Below are positions 53,501 to 64,000 of a DNA stretch of 64,000 nucleotides, one piece after another (the stretch's first letter is position 1; each line of letters opens with the position of its first letter). The DNA lies in contig OZ024742.1 of the NCBI GenBank assembly GCA_964016885.1, positions 91,636,001 through 91,700,000 on the forward strand. The letters are read 5' to 3'. Origin of the DNA: Eledone cirrhosa (lineage: Eukaryota). Below the pieces are notes generated by a model. The model was not told the origin of the DNA. It was given only the letters and a program-made list of their open reading frames with translations, and made no database searches. The position numbers were made by a program, and so were the translations under genes.

Positions 53501-54078
53501 TCATCCTTCTGAATTCAATAAAATAAAATACCTGTAAAGTACTGAGGTCGATGAATTTGACTTTCCTCTTTATCAAATTTATTGACGTTGTGCTTAAATT
53601 AGAAAACATCATTTTCCTTGTCATTCTTTCTCTATTCTTTTCACACCCTTCCTACTGTATCAGTCTTATCCAGCCTTGACATACAATTACAACTCCTCTA
53701 TTTCCACTTCCACATCATTCCTCAACATTCTAGATAATTCCAGGAAGATAAATAAACAAACAAGCAAACAAACAATCAAACAAACAAAATCGATAGAGAG
53801 ATACCATATGGAAAGGTGGTAGTTTTATTAGGGACATACCAAGGGAGGAGATGCCAGTCCCGTAACAATCCCAACAATCCCGAAGCAATCCTATTTGAAA
53901 GGTTCCTCATATTTGTGAAGGACAAGGTTTTGTTTGTTGACGAGGTCCCATTGTTTGATTGAACAGTATTTGATTTATATTTGTAGCATTCATTTCTTAA
54001 TGTTGAACCGTTTAAAAGCTTTTTAAAGAAATAAACACCTGACATTGTTGGGGGAAAAAATACTATTTCTTGCTGAGG

Positions 54079-54450
54079 TAGGTGTTGGCTGTGTGGTTAA
54101 GGAGTTCGCTTCGCAACCACGTGATCTCGGGTTCAGTACTGTTGCCTTAGGTTAACCAATGTCCTGTGAGTTATATATTTGTAGACGGAAACTTAATATA
54201 TATGTGACGGAAACTTAATATATATGTGACGGAAACTCAATATATATGTGACGGAAACTTAAAATATATGTGTCTGTTTCATCGTATATTTAGGTTTGTT
54301 GTTTCTTTATGTCCTCTAACGTAGTCGTTCGGCAAAAGAAGATCGATAAAATAAGAATCAGACTTGACAAAATTAAGTACTATGCTCAATATGGTCAACT
54401 ACATCCCTTCAAGTCAGTGCTCTAGGATGGTCGCAGTATAGTGACTGAGA
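54079..54450 (+). mobile_element. Second tRNA-derived SINE family with internal ~22-bp tandem repeat
   Basis: TGGCTGTGTGGTTAAG A box, GGGTTCAGT B-box remnant; gacggaaacttaatatatatgt repeated 4 times at 54184-54270. Confidence 0.65.
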
Positions 54451-54986
54451 CCAGTAAAAGTATTTTAAAAATACCGTGGTTGATATTATTGTTGATATTA
54501 TTAATATACATATTGTTGTTTTTATTGATGTATTTATTTTTGTTCTTGCATGCCGATGTCTCATACACGTGCAGGAAAATGGGGACGCAAACTGGCCAAT
54601 ATTCAAGAACCTCTATATTTGATTAGAAATTCCCTAATTTTGAGCTTACTAAAATATCTACTCGTCCGTTTACTAAAAGATCTCCTCGTCCAGTATGCAT
54701 ATTACCCTTCTCACAGTTAACCCCCTTTACAATAAATAATGTTTCCGTAATTTTACTTCTCTGTATATTACTTCCCCCTAAATCTCAGAACTCTCCTGTG
54801 TTTTCGCCTAATAGAAGTTCTCGTTTTCACTGAAACACTGCAGCTGCAATTAATTGAGTTCGTTCAATAAAACGCGTGTTCCTGCGTTTCTCTGCGTTAT
54901 GTCTTCGTTGTAGTAACGAATTTAATAATATATTAAAAAAAACTTGGCCCATAGAGAGCGTACTGTATTCCTTGGATATCTTTACC

Positions 54987-55017
<31 letters not shown>

Positions 55018-55035
55018 CTTCTTCTTCTTCTTCTT

Positions 55036-55062
<27 letters not shown>

Positions 55063-55066
<4 letters not shown>

Positions 55067-57923
55067 TTGAGGGGATCGTGGAGGCAGAGTCCTCAAACAC
55101 TCCTTCCAGTGGGTCCTGTCAGAAGCAACCGTCTCCAAATGATCCGGATGGATCCCCAACCGAGACGAGCCAAGCTCATGGATATTATCCAACCATCTTA
55201 CTCGTGGTCTACCCCTGGGTCTCCTGTCGGTTGGTTTTGCCCGCAACATCTGTCCAGTGTTTCTTTCCTGAGACCATCTAACCACATGCCCACCGTATCG
55301 GAGCTGGGATCTCTCAAGTCGGAGAGGTAGCGGCGCTACCTGAAGTGACTCTCTGATCTCCGAGCTACACACTCTCTCGACTAACATTACTCCAAAGACC
55401 CTTTGGTGAAACCCCATTTCGGCTGCTTCAATTCACGATCATATTATTTGGGTCATTACCCAGGATTCGTGATAAGCAAGGATTGGCATGAATACCGAAT
55501 TAAAGATAGTAAATTTGGCTTTCACGTCTACCCCCCCCCCCCCTTCTGATTACCGAATGTTGGCTCTGGTGCATTATTGCACCAGCTCTTGCAATTACTG
55601 CCCTTAATTCAGCCTCCGGCCTTCCATCTGTCTTGAACACGGCTGCGAGATACTTGAATTTCTCTACCTGCTTCAGTAGTACTCCATTCATATGTAGAGT
55701 GTCCTACACAGGCTTCATTGAAAGGACGAGTGTTCGCAGCACTGATTTTCTTTCCAGCCATGCAGTATTAAACCTATCAAGTGCAAGTTGGAGACACCTT
55801 CTGTCGAGTTTAGTAACACCGCGTGGTCTGTAAATTCCAGCCGACTGATTTTACACCCGCCAGTGGGGATACCACTTCCAACCCTGCTGCGCATGTCAAT
55901 CCCGTCAATGTAAATAGTGAACATGAGAGATGACAAAACGCACCCTTGGCGGGGTCCGACAATCATATTGAATAGTTTTGATTGAGCACCTTTTCTCCAA
56001 ACACAAATACTCGGACATTCACATAGAGACATCAGAGCAGCAAGAAACTGACCATCAATCCCATACTCTTGCGGAACCTTCCATAGCATATCCAGAGGAA
56101 CGCGGCCCTATGCCCTTTCAAGGCCGACAAATCAAGAATATACTCAATTTCTCGAAGACCTGCCACAGTGGTCTCGAAGACCGGCCACAGCTAGCTTGGG
56201 CTCAATAGTCACCCTTCATGTCTTTGCAAGACACATAGCATAAATTTTACCGGGGAGGCTTAACAAGGAGATCCAATTGTAATTGGAATACTATCTCTTG
56301 TCTCCCTTTTGGAAAATTGTTATTTTCACTCCTGATTGCCATTGCTTTAGGTGCCTTTCTAGTGATCGAAGCCACTCGGTACACACGAGTCATCAAGAGA
56401 ATACCTATCTATTTAAGGATTTTAATATTTCGGTCCGGATTGCCACATTTTAGCTCTTTAATTAGATTTTTACTTCAGTCTCCGAGACATTAGTCTTCCC
56501 TCCCACATCCACCTCATGTACATCAGAGAATATTGTTGTGATCGGGTTTAGGAGATCAGCAACGTATTCTCTCCATCTCGCGAGGATGCACTTTTCTGAA
56601 GAGAGGAGAACCCCAGACGCGTTCTTGATAGCAGGTGTGGAGGAGGGCTTTTTCTTACCAAGTCGACGGATTGTTTCCCAGAACTCTTTATTTGCTGATC
56701 TGTAGTCGGATTCCAGCTTAACCCCAAAGTCCTCCCATGTCTTAACTTTAGACGCCTTTATTGTCTCTGCTGCGACTTTTCTTGCCTGTTTGTACAGTAA
56801 GTTCAAGAAAGAGGACTTATTTCCTAGCCAAGCTTTATAAGCCTCCTTCTTGGTGTCGGATGGCATCTTTGACCTCTTGATTGAAACAAGGGGACTCCCT
56901 GCTAAACCAAGCCTCTTTCGCTCGCAGCGTTTAATAGCTGAAGCAGAAACTACTAAGCTGAACCATCTCCACTCTGTCTAAACGTCCTCAGTTTGCCCAG
57001 GGAATTCTCTGAATTTGAATGCAATAGTATCTGCATACCTGTTCCTGACTTCTTTATCAACCAATGTTTTCCACTTCATCTTGTAGGTCGACGTAAACCT
57101 GTCGGTTTTGTGGGTTTCTTTGACATTAGGTAGTCTCAAGTTGCAGATAACTAGATCTTGATCAATGAACAGCTCAGCCCCTCTCTTAACACGAACATCC
57201 AACACAGATCAAAGAGATCAGAGACAATAACAAAATCGGTTATTGATCTGTGTCCCTGATTCCCTTTATATCATGTATATTTTTGGAGAGTCCATTGCTA
57301 GAACATAAGTCTAATAAGATCTTTCTATTCGTATTTAGATCGGGTTCGCCATTCCTCCCAATCACTCCTTTCCAAGTTAGGTGCTCATTGCTAACAGGTG
57401 CATTGAAGTCTCCCATCAGGATATATGACTCAGGCTTAACTACAGCTAACGTTGGAGTGACTTCGAGCAAGGATCTGTGTTCCGACTCGTTGTTTGGTGT
57501 ATAAACTTGCACCACGTACAGAGACCCATCTTTCAGCTTAAGCTTCAGGAAGAAAATCCTCCCTCCAAATGTGATCCAGTCCATAACACATTCTAACAGC
57601 CGGGGGCTTGTGAGTATCCCCACTTCCTCTTGTGCAGTCATTTCTGGCGCCACACATGAATAGTGGAGTTTCCATCTTTCATCCAAATCTACAGTATCAG
57701 AGCCACGGAATTTTGCTTGGGAAACGCGGACTATATCTAACCAGTAGCATCTAGCCTCCTCCACTAGTTCCTGCTCCTTACTTGTAAGGGTTGTGATCTT
57801 ATAGATTCCGATTGCCATGGTTTTTTGCCTTCTTTGGAGTCTCGGGATATGCAATCTTTGTGCGTCCATACAATGCTTCCCAGGCCCATCACCAGTTTTT
57901 GCAGCACGAAATGGAGTTTGCAA
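55063..57923 (-). mobile_element. Near full-length decayed RTE LINE (APE endonuclease + RT)
   Basis: APE motifs VVQVYTPN, ILMGDFNA (57240-57923); RT GPRQGCVLS, QVEKFKYL, LERSQLRYGGHV, RPRGRPRVRW; (GAA)n tail at 54988-55062. Confidence 0.92.
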
Positions 57924-60234
57924 TATATTTATCTCTGTGGCAAATCCAATGCACCAATTGCCAACTATATTTACAATGCTTCAATTTTAGTCTGAAGCTT
58001 GCAATGCGATTCAAACCCTGAACGCTTCTGACGGTATACGGTCACCAAAACGACGCAACCCACTCTAACGTTACGGGTAAAATACCGTATAATGAAAACC
58101 ATTTGTGTTTGGTTCAAACTTTAGTTTAGTGCTTATTATGAATTGCGGATCGTGAACGCTTTTGGCAATAGAGGGAGATCGAAGTGATTGACCCAGCTAT
58201 AGTTACCCAGCTATAGTTAATGAAAACCATATTTGTTAAACCCCTAGTTCAGTCTAGCGCCCGCAACAAGATTCGGACCATGAATTCTTCTGGTGGTGCA
58301 CGGCCAGCGAAGCTATTCGGACAGCTGTGGCTCTCCTCATACAATATATTGTCAGATCAATAACTACCATTTTTTCTAAGTAGTAAGTCTACTTTTACTT
58401 TTGTTTTTCCATTATAGAGTCAATTGGTAATTTATTATGCTTTTAACAAAGTTGACTTAACAACGAAAAACAACCTTACAGCGTTCCCCACGCCAAAAAA
58501 TAAAACATTCGTTCATTGAAAGAGCCATTATATCATCATTATTGACTAACCGCTATATCACTATTGACGTCATAGTTTTATGGTATCAGTAGCCAGCGGG
58601 ACAACAGAGGGGATAATAAATAAATCAAGAAGAAAATGTATTTAAAACAAAAATCAAAATATTATTTGCATCAATAACAGAATGACAATCAAAACCAAAC
58701 AGTAACAATAATACTAAAAACAACATGAACAGCAATAACAATAGCAGAAAACATGTATTTCTGCTGCTTCAATGATATGTCAATGGCTAAGAGGTATACA
58801 ACCCGCAGACATTTTTAAGCACACAAAGTTATTGCCGGAAGACAGCTTGACGCTATCCAACTCTAAATAAAACATGCAGAAAAAAGCAAAAGAAAAAGAA
58901 AACACATTCATTGCTAAAATTTGTAGCTAAAAATAAAAATAAAAGATTGATGGTTAATTGTTTTGTTCTCATTTTACAGCTGGTTTCACATTTCCAATTA
59001 ACCCTCCTGTCAAAAAATATGGATCACTAATTAACAATTGAGAGCTGTTGATAGCCTCATCGGTAGAGTTCAGGAAAACCAATTCGCATCCTGTCATAGG
59101 CACTGCATGCCTCCATGACTAAGGCACTTTAACTTTAACAAAGCCTACAATATGCTATAGATACATTATGCTATAGATACCACTGTTGCAAGCAGTGGTC
59201 GTACTAAAATTTGACGGCTGTTTTGTTGTTTTACAATGTTTCGTTCAACTCCTGTCTATATAAAATATACTGATCTTAAGATATCAAAGAGCTTTTACGA
59301 ACTGGTCCGCCGTTCAACTTAACTAAATGACACTAAAATTGTAAATTAGCGCTTTGGATTAAATGTCTCAGCATTATTTCTGGCTCTCAGCTTTTTGTTT
59401 AAAATTCCATCACGATCAAATTTGGTTTTCGTTCTTTCAGGGTCGATAAATAAAGTACAAATCGTTGGATTGGCGGAATCATTAAGGAGTCGGGAGGGAT
59501 ATTATGTGGTATCTATTGCAGCTCTGTCCTTTCTGAGTTCAAATCCTGTCTTCTGTCGACGTAAAAGCGATATCGCTTCTGCCAGAAATTACAACCTTCA
59601 GATAGTATATCCCTTCCCTTGCACGATGAGCCAGACGCTTTATTTCACCTTGCTCTATTTCACTCAACTGGCAAAAATGAGTTGTATCTGTAATTCAAAG
59701 AGTCAACCTTGTCACGCACTCTGCCACGTTAAATCGTCGGAACTGATGGAGGTCCATGATATTCAACTTTCATAATTGATTAAATTTTATCAGTTTTCAT
59801 TATATCTATTTTCTCTCCTAGACCTTTGAAGTATGTTCTGATAGCACAACACATACAAGCTCACGTTTTTGCATCTTACTATGTACTTTAATCTGAGAAT
59901 ATGCACGTTTATTGGTTTTTATTTGACGTTCTTTGCTTTTAATTTCCTCGTTCTGTATTTATTTAACACGAATGTACACAAACACACACATATGCACTAT
60001 ATATGTATATCATATATGTGTGCATGTGTGTATGTATGTATGTATGTATGTATGTATGTATGTATGTATGTATGTATGTATGTATGTATGTATGTATGTA
60101 TGTATGTATGAATATATGTACGCATGTATATATGTAATTTTATATTTATCCACTCCAGCCGACGGGCTGAGGTCATTCTAGAGCAGCACCCATCTCGTTA
60201 TATTTTATATAGCAGTCCTTCATTAGTTAACCAT

Positions 60235-61020
60235 TGATGTATGGGGGATTTTAAAACTGCCGTACCCATTTGCACTTTTTCGGCTGGGATCTTAGATAGC
60301 ATGATGTCGAGATGTTTCTTGAAAGCATCTATGTCCACTTCATGTAGATTCGTCAGGTTTTAGGACAGCATATTAGAGAGGTACGGGGCCTTTGAACTCC
60401 AAACTATTGTTGTATATGGTCATTACTATGGGTGTGGAGCATGGGATATTTGACACTATGCAGTGACGTCCTACTCGGGGTTTGATCCAGCTCCCAATAC
60501 AAAAATTTGGTGCTAGCCCTTCCATATAAATATATCACTGCATATCTCTTCCGTCTTTTCTCCAGGGATTCCCTGTAGCTCATCTCATTCAATGAGGCAA
60601 TCTGCTTTGTGTACCTTCGTTGAACTGCGTCAAATTCCACGGTTAATTTGATCTTATGAGGTTAACATAGCTAGAAGCCGTCTGGAGACAAATGTCCTCC
60701 AGCAGACTAACATGGTTTCCAGGTTTCTTGTCATGAATGACTTCAGCATCAATCCAGGAGATATGCACTTGAAACAACGCATAATTGTTTCTCATATCAG
60801 ATCAGTAACTACATCCCCCATTGATTTGGACTCAGGAAATTTCAATTCCCCTTGGTCTAGAGTAATTTTGATTTAATTGACTTGTTTTAGCGGATTGATA
60901 CCAGAGGGCTTCATATTTTCCGGCATAAAACTACATAGTGTTCTTCGTTGGCCAATCTGTATATGGCATCCACATCTCTTTGTAAGAGAGTAGCATCAGC
61001 GTAATTCTTGATTGCCTATG
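60235..61020 (-). mobile_element. CR1-like LINE 3' fragment
   Basis: DAVQRRYTKQIASLNEMSYRESL...RRKRYAVIY; DAFKKHLD at the 3' end. Confidence 0.75.
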
Positions 61021-61038
61021 CTATATTATAAATATATG

Positions 61039-61122
<84 letters not shown>

Positions 61123-61446
61123 CATATAGAACAAAAATACAAAATCATCAACGTGTAGATCCCAGTAAAGTAATCTAAAACAAATAAAACTTCACAAGCA
61201 TCTTCCACAAGGGGTAGTGTCTTAGTTAAGCAACCTAAAGCTAGAAGGCTCAGCTAAGTTCCCTAACTGCAGTTTTAAAGAACTGTATTGACCATCCCAA
61301 TAGATTAAGGTGGTCCATTCTGCCAGAGGGCCCTTTCATCAATAAATTGCCACAAGAAATAACAGCCAGCACAAACCGTCTATTAATTTAACATTTAAGG
61401 AGTAGCAAATATCATAGAAATTCACAAGAGTCATATTTCAGATTAT

Positions 61447-61582
<136 letters not shown>

Positions 61583-61887
61583 ACAGAGAGAGAGAGTGGG
61601 TTTGTATGTATGTGTGTATAAAACTACGGTCGTCTGCGCAATCGAGTGTGACTTGGTAATATGCAAGTAGTATTTGGAACCCATGCAGTCGTGTGTAAAT
61701 ACAGATACCTTTTAGATTCTCCCTCTCTATCCAGCAGAAAATAAAGAATATGATATCTGGATTGAAAGAGACAGCTAAGCCCTCATTGGGCTGCTAGCTT
61801 CTCTATCGATCCTGAAATAATGAAATGCGAAGAAAAGCAGAGAGTCGAAACAAATATCCTTCGCTCTAACAACCTATATATAATATA

Positions 61888-62488
61888 CTAGTTGAATGAC
61901 CCGGCATTGCCCGGGTTACTGCTATACATATTCAGATTAGTAAACAATAAATTTGAAGACCTGTTCTTTTTTCATAATTATTTCAAAATATCTATATTTT
62001 ATTTTTAAAATATCAAAATTATAATAATAATAGAATTTAGAAATGAAAATCTGTCAATCTTGAAGCACCTCTGGGTGAACAATATTCATTGTGTAATTTT
62101 TTGTTGGTGTCCAAATGAATAAATTTTTGCTGCTTCCAACTCATGAGCAACTAACATAGAGTTGACCATGGGAGAAACATGTGTCCAACTACTTTGAGGG
62201 ATTGGCCCTGAGATTTGTTAATTGAAATAACAAAACTTAGTTTGACTGGAAACTGAAGCCTCTTAAATTCAAATGGAACAGATGTAGGTTTGAGAGGAAT
62301 TTTTAGAATAAAGACCTTTTTTTTCAATATTGTAAACAAATAAGTATCAACATCCAAAAGAAATATATATTAATCTCTATTTTTGTATGCAGTGTAAATT
62401 AACAAAATATAAGCTAATGTATTAACTGCTAACGGTATGAGAATATAAATATAAACGAACAGGCACACATACATCCACACAAACTTAT

Positions 62489-62534
<46 letters not shown>

Positions 62535-62707
62535 TAATACAAACACACAATTTCACCCTCAGCGTTTGTTATGCCAGTCGTCACAGAAATGTATGTATAC
62601 TCACACACCTTGTAAAATTTGATTTAATTTGGTCGAGTCATTTGAGTATGCATAAGTAAAAGACAGACGGACAGAGAGATAAAGAATTTTATATATATAT
62701 ATATAGA
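61888..62707 (-). mobile_element. Non-autonomous Helitron retaining the Pif1-helicase C-terminus
   Basis: On the - strand: A|TCTATATA... 5' end, subterminal hairpin CCCGGGCAATGCCGGG and CTAG|T 3' end; peptide PFEFKRLQFPVKLSFVISINKSQGQSL...FSHGQLYV. Confidence 0.9.
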
Positions 62708-64000
62708 TAGGTTTAAACGCACACACACACACACACACACGCACACATACACATGCGCGCGCGCGCACACACACACGGATGCGTACCTGCGCACACTCAT
62801 ACAGGCAAAATACATTCACGCCTACGCTAACAGTATAATTGTTTCTACTTTTGGCACAAGGCCAGCAATTATCCCAGTTTATTACTGGTGCTTTATTTTA
62901 TCGAACCCATAAGTAGTTGGTTTTGTTCTTTAACATTAGTTCAGTCTTTATCGAGCAAATCTATGAATGTAGGTATTCCAGCCGTGAATATAGACAAAGA
63001 TGTATCTTAATGCGTGTTTAGTACTTCGTAGAGAGTACTCTTTTATATGTGTGTAGTACGGAGTAAATAGTACAGTATGTAATATGTCTACAACACTTAG
63101 TAGACAGCACTCTATGTAATATATGTAGTACCTAATAAACTGTGCTCTATGTAATATATGTTTGGTGCTTGGTAGACAGTGCAGTATGTACTATATATGC
63201 AGTCTTTGTAGTATTATTTACGATATGTTGCATCTGTCTTTAGATTTCTGTCAGCATGGCTGAAGGGTTTAAACTACTATGGTCAGGTCTGAGTCAAGAC
63301 TTCCTGGCGTCGGTTCGGATCCCACTTCTGATTACTCATTTTAGTGAAGGCAGGCAGAATAGCGCTTAGGGTGTTGGAGTTATGATCATAATGTCATTGA
63401 TTCAATTCCAGGAGAGGTTGGTGAGTAGTGTTCTTGAGCAAAGCATTTCATTTGACGTTACTTAAATCAAATCGGCTCACAATGACACACAGTAGTAGCT
63501 GGGGGTTAACCCTGCGATCGATTAACGTCTTGTCTTGTATTCTCATTCACTTAAACGCCAAAACAAAGCCGGATATGTGCAGGTTTGATTTGAATTTTTG
63601 ACTTTTATCATTTACCGGCATCGATTTTATCATCTTTCGCAAGGCAGCTATTACTATAGGAATTGTTTTTATTTTCATGCTACCCATTATATTTATTTCT
63701 ATTCTCAGGTTGTTACATTTGAATGCATCGTGAAAGACAAACGTTAACCATTTTAAAAAAAGACACACACACATACTATTAAATTTACATTTATCTTTTA
63801 TTTCCTTGTGTGAAAATTTCCATCACACTTTTCGCTAACTGGACAGCGATACAATACCAGTGTGTTAAATAATTTTGACACCAAGAAATATATTCAAAGT
63901 GAATTTAATAGTGTTTGTGTTTATGTGAAACGCTAAAATGACATTTCCACAATATTATTACTTTTGTTTTAAAATAAAGTCGCAGAAGAGGTCACATTAC

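Noticed and set aside
53776-54045. 89-aa ORF in unique sequence
   Set aside because: No recognisable domain or splice context.
54184-54270. Regularly spaced short repeats resembling a CRISPR array
   Set aside because: Simple tandem 22-mers with no unique spacers, inside a eukaryotic SINE.

Overview
AT-rich, microsatellite-dense eukaryotic intergenic or intronic DNA. The tRNA-derived SINE family and repeat landscape fit a cephalopod (Octopus-like) genome; this is an inference. No host protein-coding gene is recognisable, and most ORF-track entries are microsatellite artefacts. The window is a transposon graveyard: two families of Penelope-like retroelements (PLEs; RT + CxCx5C linker + C-terminal GIY-YIG, Hydra-clade-like), a third decayed PLE RT, RTE-, CR1- and probably Tx1-type LINE remnants, a small LTR element, hAT elements, a non-autonomous Helitron and many SINEs. 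The main hidden signal, read by eye on both strands, is a dense set of type I hammerhead ribozymes (HHRs): about 18 complete or near-complete motifs plus several half-motifs, in about 9 sequence families. Nearly all lie in short (TA)n-flanked, tandem or fold-back, non-coding elements. They include a 424-bp tandem retrozyme-like unit and a PLE pseudo-LTR ribozyme with a conserved non-canonical CAGAAGA core.
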